Part shown: positions 1 to 10,011 of the stretch, piece after piece
How positions within the stretch are numbered: the first letter of the stretch is position 1
Layout: every line of letters begins with the position of its first letter
NCBI GenBank assembly: GCA_963746735.1
Contig: CAVVCO010000013.1
Span: 51,253-115,252, forward strand
Direction of reading: 5' to 3'
Source of the DNA: an uncultured Ignavibacteriales bacterium
GTDB lineage: Bacteria; Bacteroidota; Ignavibacteria; Ignavibacteriales; Ignavibacteriaceae
Length of the DNA: 64,000 nucleotides
Notes under the pieces: model-generated
Told to the model about the DNA's origin: nothing
The model's database searches: none
What the model saw: only the letters and a program-made list of their open reading frames with translations
Made by a program: the position numbers and the translations under genes

Positions 1-523
1 ATCCGAGCGCAGGAACTGCGGCAAAGAATACCGGGGCGATAAGCCAATGGACACTAATTGCGTATATAGTAACAAAAATTACTCCTACCAAAGAAGTAAA
101 TAAAATATTGACTGCTGAGGAAATTAATCTTTCAACATCAATTCTAACTTTTTGCAGAATGCCTAATGTTTCTCCGCTTCTCTGGTCTTCAAAAACAGAA
201 TAGGGTAGCATTAGCGAGTGTTTAATTCCATCAGTATAAATTTTTGCTCCAAGCTTTTGGGTAATTACATTTACGTAATAATCCTGAAAATTCTTTGCAA
301 CACGGGAAACGAATGCAACACCCACAGCCGCAAGAAGAAGCAATCCAACACCCTTAAAAAATTGGTCGGTTGTGTAATGCTGGAATTTGGTTGCGTACTT
401 GTCGATTACAATCCTGAAAATGTAGGGGTCAAGCAGCGAAAATATTTGATTTATTGCAGCTAATACAAGAGCAAGTAGTACAAGTTTCCAATAATTTCTT
501 AAATATTTTAGAAGTAATTTCAT
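1..523 (-). CDS. ABC exporter, N-terminal transmembrane domain (gene continues past the window start)
   Basis: Manual minus-strand translation from ATG (523-521) gives MKLLLKYLRNYWKLVLLALVLAAINQIFSLLDPYIFRIVIDKY...QRSGETLGILQKVRIDVERL, typical of an ABCB/MsbA-like TMD. It is absent from the ORF track because no stop lies in the window. The + ORF 218-463 is its antisense shadow. Confidence 0.65.
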   Translation of the reverse strand, partial: MKLLLKYLRNYWKLVLLALVLAAINQIFSLLDPYIFRIVIDKYATKFQHYTTDQFFKGVGLLLLAAVGVAFVSRVAKNFQDYYVNVITQKLGAKIYTDGIKHSLMLPYSVFEDQRSGETLGILQKVRIDVERLISSAVNILFTSLVGVIFVTIYAISVHWLIAPVFFAAVPALG

Positions 524-810
524 TTAAAATTATAATTATATAATTGAACGTAAAAGTCCAACGAATTTTTAATTCTACTTAAATAAAAATGGGGAAGTTT
601 ATCTGCAACAATAAAATAGTCTTCTCAACGTCGAGAATCAACTACATTTTTCTTTTCTCCGATACAAGAATATATTAACTTATTGTCCATTATTTCCTTT
701 ATTTCTACAATAAATTATTAAATTTCAGATTCCGTGGCATAATATATGGAAGTTGACGTAAGCGCTAATCAGGGAATAAATTAATTTTTTATATAATATA
801 AATTTAGCGG

Positions 811-2553
811 ATGAATAATTCTACCGAATTAAAATCTAGTTTAAAATGTTATCATTGTGGTGATAATTGCCCGGATGATGCAATCTGCATTGGCGAGAAA
901 TATTTTTGCTGCAATGGATGCAAAACTGTATATGAGATTTTAAATGAGAACCAGCTTTGCAATTATTATAACATTGACCAGAATCCCGGCATATCTCCCA
1001 AAATTAATGTTGTTAGAAAGTTTGATTATTTAAATGATGAAACAATTGTAAATCAATTAATTGATTTTAAAAATGAAAATATAACCGCCATAACTTTTAA
1101 TATTCCTCAAATGCACTGCAGCTCATGTATCTGGCTGCTTGAGAATCTATTTAAAATAAATCCTAACATAAATCAGTCAAAAGTTGATTTCTTAAAAAAG
1201 ACTTTAAGTCTAAAATTTTATCATCAGAAAATTTCATTAAAAGAAGTAGTTGAGCTTTTAGCTTCATTAGGATATGAGCCGCAAATCCAACTTGATGATA
1301 TTGGAAAGAATTCAAATCAAAATAAATTAAATAAAAAACTGTTATTTAAAATCGGGATAGCCGGATTTTGCTTTGGTAATATTATGCTGCTAAGTTTCCC
1401 GGAATATCTTTCAATTAATATTTCAGAAATATTTTTTAGAAAATTCTTTGGCCATCTAAATCTGCTTTTAGCATTACCGGTTTTCATTTATTCTGCTTCA
1501 GAATATTTTTCATCGGCATATAAAGGCCTTAAGAAAAAAGTTGTAAATATTGATTTCCCGATTTCGCTCGGTATTGCAGTTTTGTTTTTCCGAAGCGCTT
1601 ATGAAATTTTAACTTACACCGGTGCAGGTTATTTTGATTCAATGTCCGGATTGGTTTTCTTTTTACTGCTGGGAAAATGGTTTCAAAATAAAACTTACGA
1701 TGCACTTAATTTTGAAAGAACATATAAATCGTATTTCCCTGTTGCAGTGACTGTAAAAGAAAGCAGCGAAGAAAAATCAACTCCTCTTTCAAAATTAAAA
1801 GTCGGGGATAGAATTTTAATTCGAAATAATGAAATCATTCCGGCTGATTCGATTTTATTTAATGGAGATGGCTTAATTGATTACAGCTTTGTTACAGGTG
1901 AAGCAAAACCGGTTGAAAAAGTTTCCGGTGAATTAATTTATGCTGGCGGCAGGCAAGCGGGCGGTTTATTGGAATTAGAAGTTATTAAAGAAGTTTCGCA
2001 AAGCTATTTAACTCAGTTGTGGAACAATGATTCTTCCAGCAAAAAAAATGAAAGCCAGTTTACCGAATTTTCAAATGTGGTTAGTAAATATTTTACTTTT
2101 GTTGTTTTGTTGATTGCCTTTATTGCCGGCGCATTTTGGCTTCATGCCGGGATAGCGGCTTCACTTGGAGTTTTAACTTCTGTATTGATTGTTGCTTGTC
2201 CATGCGCCTTAGCTCTTTCAATTCCTTTTACTTTCGGAAACACAATTAGAATATTCGGTAAAAATAAATTCTATCTGAAAAATACTGCTGCAGTTGAAGA
2301 ACTTTCAAAAATAGATGAAATAGTTTTTGATAAAACCGGGACTATAACCGAAACCGGAAAAGCGGCAATTCATTATGCCGGTAAAGAGCTAAATGGATTT
2401 CAAAGAGAAATGATAAAATCTTTAGTAAGAAATTCTACTCACACTTTAAGCAAAAGAATTTATGATTTTATCGAGGCAAATAAATATTTTGATGTTACTG
2501 ATTTTAATGAGATTAATGGGAAGGGAATTGAAGGGAACGATTTTAGGAAGTAA
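811..2553 (+). CDS. ccoI: Copper-translocating P1B-type ATPase CcoI/FixI, N-terminal fragment (frameshifted)
   Basis: Cys-rich N-terminus (CYHCGDNCPDD, CCNGCK), HMA-like MHCSSC, membrane CPC motif (VACPCALAL) and phosphorylation motif DKTGTIT. It heads the cco cluster. Confidence 0.85.
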   Translation: MNNSTELKSSLKCYHCGDNCPDDAICIGEKYFCCNGCKTVYEILNENQLCNYYNIDQNPGISPKINVVRKFDYLNDETIVNQLIDFKNENITAITFNIPQMHCSSCIWLLENLFKINPNINQSKVDFLKKTLSLKFYHQKISLKEVVELLASLGYEPQIQLDDIGKNSNQNKLNKKLLFKIGIAGFCFGNIMLLSFPEYLSINISEIFFRKFFGHLNLLLALPVFIYSASEYFSSAYKGLKKKVVNIDFPISLGIAVLFFRSAYEILTYTGAGYFDSMSGLVFFLLLGKWFQNKTYDALNFERTYKSYFPVAVTVKESSEEKSTPLSKLKVGDRILIRNNEIIPADSILFNGDGLIDYSFVTGEAKPVEKVSGELIYAGGRQAGGLLELEVIKEVSQSYLTQLWNNDSSSKKNESQFTEFSNVVSKYFTFVVLLIAFIAGAFWLHAGIAASLGVLTSVLIVACPCALALSIPFTFGNTIRIFGKNKFYLKNTAAVEELSKIDEIVFDKTGTITETGKAAIHYAGKELNGFQREMIKSLVRNSTHTLSKRIYDFIEANKYFDVTDFNEINGKGIEGNDFRK

Positions 2554-3232
2554 AATTAAATTAGGTTCAAAAAGTTTTGTTGTTAATGAATATAATGATG
2601 AAATATCGGCGAAAGTAAATTCATTAGTATTCTTATCCATCAATAATGAAGTATTTGGTTATTTTGAAATATCAAATTCATATAGAGAAGGAATGGACAA
2701 AACTATAAAGTCACTTGAAAAAGATTATAGAACTTATTTGTTATCCGGGGATAACAATGGTGAATTGCCTAATCTCAAAAAATACTTTTCTGAAGAAGGA
2801 AACTTATTCTTTAATCAGTCGCCGTCATCTAAATTAGATTTTATAAAAAAAATAAAAGAAAAAAATAAAAATGTTTTAATGATTGGAGACGGGCTAAACG
2901 ATGCCGGGGCTTTGAGTCAAAGTAATGTGGGAATTTCTGTCACAGATAACATTCACAGTTTTTCTCCGGCTTGTGATGCAATACTTCACGGCTCCAATTT
3001 AAATATGATTGACAAGTTTATTAACTTTTCAAAAACAAGCACTAAAATTATTTACGCAAGTTTTACTATTTCATTTATTTATAATTTAATTGGTTTAAGC
3101 TTTGCCGTAGATGGAATGCTTTCCCCTATAGTGGCGGCAATACTTATGCCTGTCAGTTCAATTTCTGTTGTTATATTTGCTACGGTATCAACAAATTTGT
3201 TTGCAAGAAAGAGAGGCCTGCTATCTCGGTAA
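2534..3232 (+). CDS. ccoI: CcoI/FixI P-type ATPase, C-terminal fragment
   Basis: Hinge motif GDGLNDAGAL and C-terminal TM helices. Removing one G from the GGG run at 2533-2535 joins GKGIEG to TILGSKIKLGS in one frame. Confidence 0.8.
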   Translation, partial: GTILGSKIKLGSKSFVVNEYNDEISAKVNSLVFLSINNEVFGYFEISNSYREGMDKTIKSLEKDYRTYLLSGDNNGELPNLKKYFSEEGNLFFNQSPSSKLDFIKKIKEKNKNVLMIGDGLNDAGALSQSNVGISVTDNIHSFSPACDAILHGSNLNMIDKFINFSKTSTKIIYASFTISFIYNLIGLSFAVDGMLSPIVAAILMPVSSISVVIFATVSTNLFARKRGLLSR

Positions 3233-3234
3233 TT

Positions 3235-3435
3235 GTGGTATTAATTGGAATAAGTTTATTTGTTGCTGCAGGATTTCTATTCGCTTTTTTATGGGCTGTT
3301 AAAAGCGGCCAATACCAGGATACTTACACCCCTTCGGTAAGGATGCTTTTTGATGATGAAGAAAAAATTAAAAATAGTAATACAAATCAATCGTCCGGCA
3401 AACAAGACACAATTCATTCAAAGGAGAAAAATTAA
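3235..3435 (+). CDS. ccoS: cbb3 oxidase maturation protein CcoS/FixS
   Basis: 66 aa with a single TM and FLFAFLWAVKSGQYQD, located between ccoI and ccoN. Confidence 0.8.
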   Translation: MVLIGISLFVAAGFLFAFLWAVKSGQYQDTYTPSVRMLFDDEEKIKNSNTNQSSGKQDTIHSKEKN

Positions 3436-5570
3436 TGGAGTTAGAGAAATTTAGTTACGATAATAAAATCGTAAAGAATTTTGCTTTTGCCACTGTCTTT
3501 TGGGGAATAGTTGGAATGCTGGTTGGACTGCTGATTGCTTCACAGCTTTTTGCTCCAACATTAAATTTTAATATTCCATTCTTAACTTTCGGCCGAATAC
3601 GGCCTGTGCATACCAATGCAGTAATTTTTGCGTTTGTTGGTAATGCAATTTTTATGGGTGTGTATCATTCCCTGCAAAGACTGTGTAAAGCAAGAATGTT
3701 CAGCGACAAGCTTAGCAAAATTCATTTTTGGGGCTGGCAATTAATTATTGTCGCTGCTGCTATTACTATTCCTCTAGGACTAACTACAAGTAAAGAGTAT
3801 GCAGAACTTGAATGGCCGATTGATATTGCAATAACCTTAGTATGGATTGTATTTGGTATAAACATGTTTGGAACAATCTTCAAAAGAAGAGAAAGCCACA
3901 TGTACGTTGCCATCTGGTTTTACATTGCGACCTGGGTGACAGTTGCTGTTCTTCATATTGTTAACTCTATTGAAATCCCTGTTACCTTTTGGAAGAGTTA
4001 TCCTGTTTATGCCGGTGTTCAGGATGCACTTGTGCAATGGTGGTATGGACATAATGCAGTGGCATTCTTTCTAACTACTCCATATCTGGGACTGATGTAT
4101 TATTATTTACCCAAAGCAGCGAACCGGCCTATTTACTCTTATCGATTATCCATTGTTCACTTTTGGGCTTTGATATTTATTTACATCTGGGCAGGCCCAC
4201 ATCATCTTCTCTACTCAGCTTTACCGGATTGGGCCCAATCTTTAGGAACAGTTTTTTCAATTATGTTAATTGCACCATCTTGGGGTGGTATGATAAACGG
4301 ACTGTTAACATTGAGAGGTGCCTGGGATAAAGTTCGACAAGATCCGATTTTAAAATTCATGGTAGTAGCAGTTACTGCTTACGGTATGGCTACTTTTGAA
4401 GGGCCAATGCTTTCACTTAAAAGTGTAAATGCAATTGCCCACTTCACTGATTGGATAATTGCTCATGTTCATGTGGGTGCGCTTGGATGGAATGGATTTT
4501 TAACATTTGGAATACTTTATTGGTTAATTCCAAAATTATATCACACAGAACTTTTCTCTAAAAAATTAGCGAACGTACATTTTTGGGTAGGTACACTTGG
4601 AATCATTTTTTATGTGTCAGCGATGTATGTTTCGGGAATTACACAATCATTAATGTGGAAAGAATTTAATTCAATTGGAATGCTGCAATATCCTAATTTC
4701 CTTGAAACTGTTCTACAGATAATCCCAATGTATATGATAAGGGCAATCGGTGGTTTGCTGTATCTTTCCGGTGTGATTTTGATGACGTATAATTTAGTTA
4801 AAACAGTTAAGCAGGGACATTTTGTTAATGACGAAGAAGCAGAAGCACCTGCACTAATCAAAACAAAAGATAAAGTTGTTAAAGGAATGAGGCACAGATG
4901 GATAGAGAAACGCCCGGTGCAATTTACTCTTGTTGCAACTGTTGTTGTTTTAATTGGAGGGCTTGTTGAGTTTCTTCCAACTTTCTTAATTCAGTCAAAT
5001 ATTCCGACTATTGCAAGTGTTAAGCCATATACCCCGCTTGAACTGCAGGGAAGAGATCTTTATATCAGGGAAGGATGCGTGAATTGCCACTCACAGTTAA
5101 TCCGTCCTTTCAGATCCGAAACATTGCGCTATGGCGAGTATTCCAAAGCAGGCGAGTATGTTTATGATCATCCGTTCCTTTGGGGTTCAAAAAGAACAGG
5201 GCCGGACTTACATCGTGAAGGCAAGAAGTATCCGAATTTATGGCATTACTTGCATATGCAGAATCCGCCGGCAATGTCGCCTGGTTCAATCATGCCGCAT
5301 TATCCGTGGCTGTTAACAGATGATTTAGATACTTCAACTACCGCAAAGAAAATTAGGGTTATGCAATCGCTTGGGGTTCCATATCCTCAAGGGTATGATA
5401 AAGTTGCAAACGAAGATTTAAGAAAACAGGCTGAAGGTATTGCTCTTGATCTTCAGAACAACGGCGCACCTGCTGAAAGTAACAAAGAAATAATTGCTTT
5501 AATAGCCTACCTGCAGCGGCTTGGTACGGATATAAAAGTTAATGCTCAAGATACAACAGCAAGTAAATAG
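3435..5570 (+). CDS. ccoN: Cytochrome cbb3 oxidase, fused subunits I and II (CcoN-CcoO)
   Basis: 711 aa. The N-terminal part is a polytopic heme-copper oxidase core (WWYGHNAV, GPHHLLY, AHVHVGALGW). The C-terminal ~230 aa is a CcoO-like monoheme domain (TM anchor plus CVNCHS). Confidence 0.9.
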   Translation: MELEKFSYDNKIVKNFAFATVFWGIVGMLVGLLIASQLFAPTLNFNIPFLTFGRIRPVHTNAVIFAFVGNAIFMGVYHSLQRLCKARMFSDKLSKIHFWGWQLIIVAAAITIPLGLTTSKEYAELEWPIDIAITLVWIVFGINMFGTIFKRRESHMYVAIWFYIATWVTVAVLHIVNSIEIPVTFWKSYPVYAGVQDALVQWWYGHNAVAFFLTTPYLGLMYYYLPKAANRPIYSYRLSIVHFWALIFIYIWAGPHHLLYSALPDWAQSLGTVFSIMLIAPSWGGMINGLLTLRGAWDKVRQDPILKFMVVAVTAYGMATFEGPMLSLKSVNAIAHFTDWIIAHVHVGALGWNGFLTFGILYWLIPKLYHTELFSKKLANVHFWVGTLGIIFYVSAMYVSGITQSLMWKEFNSIGMLQYPNFLETVLQIIPMYMIRAIGGLLYLSGVILMTYNLVKTVKQGHFVNDEEAEAPALIKTKDKVVKGMRHRWIEKRPVQFTLVATVVVLIGGLVEFLPTFLIQSNIPTIASVKPYTPLELQGRDLYIREGCVNCHSQLIRPFRSETLRYGEYSKAGEYVYDHPFLWGSKRTGPDLHREGKKYPNLWHYLHMQNPPAMSPGSIMPHYPWLLTDDLDTSTTAKKIRVMQSLGVPYPQGYDKVANEDLRKQAEGIALDLQNNGAPAESNKEIIALIAYLQRLGTDIKVNAQDTTASK

Positions 5571-5578
5571 GAATTACT

Positions 5579-5803
5579 ATGTATAAAGAAATATTACAAT
5601 CAGTGGAAGGAATCGGTATTTATCCAATAATATCTTTATTAGTATTTTTTATCTTTTTTGTAGTACTAATTCTCTGGGTATTTAAAGCTGATAAAAATTA
5701 TTTAAATAGGATGAAAATGTTACCATTAGACTTAACTCCTGATCAACAGAATTCACAAAATAATGACGACTTAAATTTAAAAGGTGAATTAAATGACAAA
5801 TAG
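5579..5803 (+). CDS. ccoQ: CcoQ/FixQ-like small membrane subunit
   Basis: 74 aa with a single TM, located between ccoNO and ccoP. Confidence 0.6.
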   Translation: MYKEILQSVEGIGIYPIISLLVFFIFFVVLILWVFKADKNYLNRMKMLPLDLTPDQQNSQNNDDLNLKGELNDK

Positions 5804-6665
5804 ATTTTTAATGAAACTTTTATACATATTCTTTTTAATAGCGGCAAACCCAATAAGGTTATTTGCTCAAACTCAAGAGACTGGTATTTCTTCTGAATAT
5901 TACAATGTCATGTCGGTAATATTTGTGGGAATGCTAATTTTGATTATCGCTGCTTTTCTTTATTGGGGAACTGAGGAAGGTAAAGCAGAAGAGCAACTGG
6001 AAACTTCGTCGGTTTGGAATAAGGTTAAAGAGTACCTGGTTGCTGCAAAGCCGGTTGAAGAGGAACATGAAATATTAATGGACCATGATTATGATGGAAT
6101 AAAAGAGCTTGATAATAAAATCCCACCATGGTTCAGCATTTTGTTTTATACGACTATTATAATCGCAGTAATTTATTTGTTGAATTACGAGGTCTTTAAA
6201 ACCGGGATGTCGCAGGCAGAAGAATACAATGCCGAAATGAAACAAGCAGCATTATTGCAGGCTGAACTTGAAAGAAGCGGAACTTTTTTAAATGAAAGTA
6301 ATGTCACGCTCTTAACAGCAAAAGATCAAATTCAGGACGGTGAAAAAATATTTAAGACCAACTGTGTAGCTTGCCATCGCGATGATGCCGGAGGTGCTGT
6401 TGGCCCGAATTTAACAGACAACTATTGGATACATGGAGGCGGAATAAAAAATGTTTTTAAAACAATTAAGTACGGTGTACCGGATAAAGGCATGGTTACC
6501 TGGCAGCAAACTTTATCTCCTAAAGAAATTCAAGAGGTTGCCAGTTATGTAATTAGTTTGAAGGGCAGCAATCCTATCAATCCAAAACCACCGCAGGGTA
6601 ATTTATATGTCCCGGCTGATACAACTAAAACTACCGATTCAGCCAATGTAAAAGGAAAGAAATAA
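5793..6665 (+). CDS. ccoP: cbb3 oxidase subunit III (CcoP), monoheme form
   Basis: FixP_N-like DHDYDGIKELDNKIPPWF followed by a TM helix. There is one CXXCH (CVACH) in a cytochrome c domain. Confidence 0.8.
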   Translation: MTNRFLMKLLYIFFLIAANPIRLFAQTQETGISSEYYNVMSVIFVGMLILIIAAFLYWGTEEGKAEEQLETSSVWNKVKEYLVAAKPVEEEHEILMDHDYDGIKELDNKIPPWFSILFYTTIIIAVIYLLNYEVFKTGMSQAEEYNAEMKQAALLQAELERSGTFLNESNVTLLTAKDQIQDGEKIFKTNCVACHRDDAGGAVGPNLTDNYWIHGGGIKNVFKTIKYGVPDKGMVTWQQTLSPKEIQEVASYVISLKGSNPINPKPPQGNLYVPADTTKTTDSANVKGKK

Positions 6666-6683
6666 GTTAAAGAGAAAGTTGTA

Positions 6684-7892
6684 ATGGAAGAAGTTAAAGT
6701 TGACGAATCGTTTAGAGATAGTTTATCTACTGTTAGTAAAGAAGGAAAAAGAAAATGGATTTATCCTAAAAAACCTTCCGGGAAATTTTATAATGCCCGA
6801 ACTATAGTTAGTTTTTTTCTTTTAGCGATTCTGATAGGTACGCCTTTCGTAAAAATTAGCGGGAGGCCGTTTGTACTTTTTGATATCCTAAACAGAAATT
6901 TTATTCTTTTTGGAATACCTTTCGGCCCTCAAGACTTTCATCTTTTTGTGATAGCAATAATTACGATTATTGTATTTATAATTCTTTTCACTGTAGTATT
7001 CGGAAGAGTGTTTTGTGGATGGGCCTGCCCGCAAACAATTTTTTTGGAAATGGTATTCCGTAAAATTGAATACTGGATCGAAGGTGATTATCACTCACAA
7101 ATAAAACTGCATGATGCACCGTGGACATCAAATAAAATATTCAAAAAAACAGTTAAGCATATCATTTTTTTTACAATAGCCTTTTTCATCTCTAATATTT
7201 TTCTTTCGTATTTAATCGGGACGGATGCTTTAATTAAAATTATAAAAGATCCACCGTCAGAACATTTTCAAGGTTTATCTGCAATATTAATTTTCTCAGG
7301 AGTTTTTTATTGGGTGTTCTCATCATTCAGAGAACAAGCTTGTACTTTGATGTGCCCTTACGGCAGGCTGCAAGGTGTTTTGTTAGATCAAGATTCTATC
7401 GTAATTGCTTATGATCATAAACGCGGTGAACCAAGAGGGAAGATAAAGAAAAATGAAATTCAGCCCGGGAAAGGAGACTGTGTTGATTGCCATTTGTGTG
7501 TTGATGTTTGTCCAACCGGAATTGATATCCGAAACGGCATTCAGCTTGAGTGTGTTAACTGTACTGCATGTATTGATGCCTGCGATGCTGTAATGGAAAA
7601 GGTTAATCGCCCTAAAGGATTAATTAGATATGACTCGCTTAATGGGATAGAAAATAAAACTAAATTCAGATTCACTGCAAGAATGAAAGGATACAGTGTA
7701 GTTCTATTTTTGTTAATTGGCCTGCTTGGTTACTTGCTGGCAACCCGTACGGATTTTAATATCGATGTTTTAAGAACTCCGGGTTTATTGTATCAAGAAC
7801 AGCCCCACGATATGGTAAGTAACGTATATGATATTAGCATTGTAAATAAGACTTTTAACCAGGTTCCGATTAATTTAGTTCTGCGAAAATAA
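6684..7892 (+). CDS. ccoG: CcoG/FixG 4Fe-4S ferredoxin-type membrane protein, main fragment (frameshifted near the 3' end)
   Basis: Motifs FCGWACPQT and CPYGRLQG, plus two ferredoxin Cys clusters (CVDCHLCVDVCPTG and CVNCTACIDAC). Confidence 0.85.
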   Translation: MEEVKVDESFRDSLSTVSKEGKRKWIYPKKPSGKFYNARTIVSFFLLAILIGTPFVKISGRPFVLFDILNRNFILFGIPFGPQDFHLFVIAIITIIVFIILFTVVFGRVFCGWACPQTIFLEMVFRKIEYWIEGDYHSQIKLHDAPWTSNKIFKKTVKHIIFFTIAFFISNIFLSYLIGTDALIKIIKDPPSEHFQGLSAILIFSGVFYWVFSSFREQACTLMCPYGRLQGVLLDQDSIVIAYDHKRGEPRGKIKKNEIQPGKGDCVDCHLCVDVCPTGIDIRNGIQLECVNCTACIDACDAVMEKVNRPKGLIRYDSLNGIENKTKFRFTARMKGYSVVLFLLIGLLGYLLATRTDFNIDVLRTPGLLYQEQPHDMVSNVYDISIVNKTFNQVPINLVLRK

Positions 7893-8109
7893 GGATGGAG
7901 AATTAAAGCTGGTTGGAAAAAATATTCTCTTAAAAGGAAATGAAAAATATGAAGGTAAGTTTTTAGTTATGCTTCCCAAATCAGATATTAAATTTATGGA
8001 TACTCCCATATCTATTGGCGTATATTCAAATAATAAACTTTTAGAAGAGAAGAGTACATCATTTCTTGGTCCGGTAAAACGTAATCATGATGATCATGAA
8101 AAAGATTAA
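7885..8109 (+). CDS. ccoG: CcoG C-terminal (FixG_C-like) tail in the +1 frame
   Basis: The frame open from 7879 reads ...NKDGELKLVGKNILLKGNEKYEGKFLVMLPKSDIKFMDTPISIGVYSNNKLLEEKSTSFLGP. Changing the A4 run at 7886-7889 to A5 restores continuity with the upstream ORF. Confidence 0.65.
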   Translation, partial: ENKDGELKLVGKNILLKGNEKYEGKFLVMLPKSDIKFMDTPISIGVYSNNKLLEEKSTSFLGPVKRNHDDHEKD

Positions 8110-8149
8110 ATGATTCTAATTCGTAAAAATGATAAAGGATAAATATTAA

Positions 8150-8599
8150 ATGAAAATTAAATTCAATTGGGGTTTTGGTATTTTAATAGCTATAATATTT
8201 TTTATGGGAGTTACGATTGCATTAGTAACTGTGTCGGTTAATCAAAAAACAGATTTGGTTACTGACCATTATTATGAAAAAACTTTGAAATACCAGAATC
8301 AGATTGATATGGAAAAGCGCAGTGCAAAGTTTGTTAAAGATTTGGAAATTACAAATGAGAATAATGCTGTTAACATAAAATTTCCTGATGCATTTAAAAC
8401 TGAACCTGTAAAAGGAGAATTGTATTTCTACCGGCCATCCGATGCAGCAAATGATTTTGCAGTTCCAATACAGCTTGATGAAAAAGGAACGCAGGTTATT
8501 TCATCTTCAAAAATGAAAAAAGGTTATTGGCAGGTAAAAGTAGAATGGGTATTGGCTAAAGAAAATTATTATTGTGAAAAACCAATTTTAATTTATTAA
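8150..8599 (+). CDS. FixH-like protein
   Basis: 149 aa with an N-terminal TM anchor, then a beta-rich domain. It sits directly after ccoG, as in other cco clusters. Confidence 0.55.
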   Translation: MKIKFNWGFGILIAIIFFMGVTIALVTVSVNQKTDLVTDHYYEKTLKYQNQIDMEKRSAKFVKDLEITNENNAVNIKFPDAFKTEPVKGELYFYRPSDAANDFAVPIQLDEKGTQVISSSKMKKGYWQVKVEWVLAKENYYCEKPILIY

Positions 8600-9309
8600 T
8601 GGAATTAATCGCCGGCTTATTAATTGGATTTTTAGGCAGCTTTCATTGCATTGGGATGTGCGGCCCAATTGCCTTGGCACTTCCAATTCCTAAAACATCA
8701 AACCTGTCTTTTATTGCCGGAAGAATTTTATATAATGTTGGAAGGGCATTAACTTACTCATTAATGGGAGCGGTGTTTGGTTTGCTTGGGGGACGAATTA
8801 TTTTTTCAGGGTTTCAGCAGGCTTTATCAATTACTTTAGGCGCAATAATTTTACTAACAATATTTTTACCTTCTAAATACAAACAGAAAATCATTTCACT
8901 TAACTTTATTCAAAAAATAAATCAACCGGTAAGACGTGAAATTGGAAAACTTTTTAAGCAGGCTACTTTTTCTTCAATGTTTTTAATAGGCTTGCTCAAT
9001 GGGTTTTTGCCATGCGGGTTTGTTTATATCGGGCTTGCAGGTGCAACTGCAACCGGTGATGCAGTCAGCGGCGGAGCGTTTATGTTTTTATTTGGACTCG
9101 GAACTTTCCCGGCAATGTTTGCTGCTTCCGTTTTTGGGAAGTTCATTAGTTTAAACTTAAGACAAAAAATTAGAAAGCTGACTCCGGTATTTGCTGTTGT
9201 GCTGGCAGTAATATTTATTCTAAGGGGATTGAATTTAGGTATTCCGTTCATTAGTCCTAAGCTAAACTCACAAACAGAATCAACACAAAATTTAGATTGT
9301 CATTTTTAG
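8599..9309 (+). CDS. DsbD_2/TauE-like polytopic membrane protein
   Basis: FHCIGMCGPIALAL motif, about 6 TM helices, start overlaps the stop of the FixH-like gene. Confidence 0.55.
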   Translation: MELIAGLLIGFLGSFHCIGMCGPIALALPIPKTSNLSFIAGRILYNVGRALTYSLMGAVFGLLGGRIIFSGFQQALSITLGAIILLTIFLPSKYKQKIISLNFIQKINQPVRREIGKLFKQATFSSMFLIGLLNGFLPCGFVYIGLAGATATGDAVSGGAFMFLFGLGTFPAMFAASVFGKFISLNLRQKIRKLTPVFAVVLAVIFILRGLNLGIPFISPKLNSQTESTQNLDCHF

Positions 9310-9330
9310 ATACTTCTGAAAAATTATTTA

Positions 9331-9419
9331 TGTCATGCTTAGTTTATCAAAGTATGGCATATTCAGAAATTATTTAAACTTCGACAAGCCTTTCTGCCGA
9401 AAGGCAGGCTCAGTTTGAC
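9331..9419. repeat. Palindromic REP/MITE-like element
   Basis: Left arm GTCATGCTTAGTTTATCAAAG and right arm CTTCGACAAGC[CTTTCTGCCGAAAGGCAGG]CTCAGTTTGAC are imperfect reverse complements. The inner hairpin is CTGCC-GAAAG-GCAG. It belongs to the same arm family as 21332-21398. Confidence 0.6.
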
Positions 9420-9469
9420 TTATAAATTTATTAAAAAAATCTTTCGGAAGGTTCTTTTGTTAAAACAAG

Positions 9470-9493
9470 AAAGCCCCGCATTTACGGGGCTTT
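9470..9493 (-). terminator. Rho-independent terminator of hup
   Basis: AAAGCCCCG-CATTTA-CGGGGCTTT, a perfect 9-bp stem, 13 nt beyond the hup stop. Confidence 0.75.
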
Positions 9494-9506
9494 GACCAAT
9501 GTTTTG

Positions 9507-9806
9507 TTATTTTTTCTTAGCAGGCATAATTGCATCTTTTGCTGCTTTAGCAATTCTGAACTTTAAAACTTTTTTGGCAGGAATTACCATGGTTTCACCT
9601 GTAGCAGGGTTTCTTCCCATTCTCTTTTTTCTATCTACTACAACAAGTTTTCCTAATCCAGGAATTGTAAAAGATTTTTTAGCTTCTTTGTGAGCCAATG
9701 CTACTAATTCATCTACAAACTGATTAGCCAACTTTTTTGTAGTTTCAGTTTTTGCTGCGAGATGATCAACGATCTGAGATTTTGTCATTGGTTTTGATGC
9801 TGCCAT
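9507..9806 (-). CDS. hup: HU/IHF-family DNA-binding protein
   Basis: 99 aa. MTKSQIVDHLAAK...FTIPGLGKLVVVDRKKRMGRNPATGETMVIPAKKVLKFR matches the HU fold signature. Confidence 0.9.
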   Translation of the reverse strand: MAASKPMTKSQIVDHLAAKTETTKKLANQFVDELVALAHKEAKKSFTIPGLGKLVVVDRKKRMGRNPATGETMVIPAKKVLKFRIAKAAKDAIMPAKKK

Positions 9807-10011
9807 TGTATTTAGCCTTTATTTAATTTGTTGAAAGTTATTTCGGAATTGAAAATAAACATATTTTAATTTAAATGAAAATATGTTTTTAAGTTCTGCA
9901 ATAAATTATAAGCGCTCCAGTACGTGCTTTTAACAGCTTTGTAGCTTACCTATTTATTATTTATTTTCATAACTGATATTTTGAATTAAACTTTTTCCGG
10001 CTTTACATTTA

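Noticed and set aside
218-463. Plus-strand ORF of 81 aa at the window start
   Set aside because: It lies antisense within the clearly coding minus-strand ABC transporter TMD.
3722-5316. Short ORFs inside ccoNO (3722-3913, 3837-4052, 4610-4861 minus; 5131-5316 plus)
   Set aside because: They are shadow frames of a strongly supported long CDS and contain no motifs.
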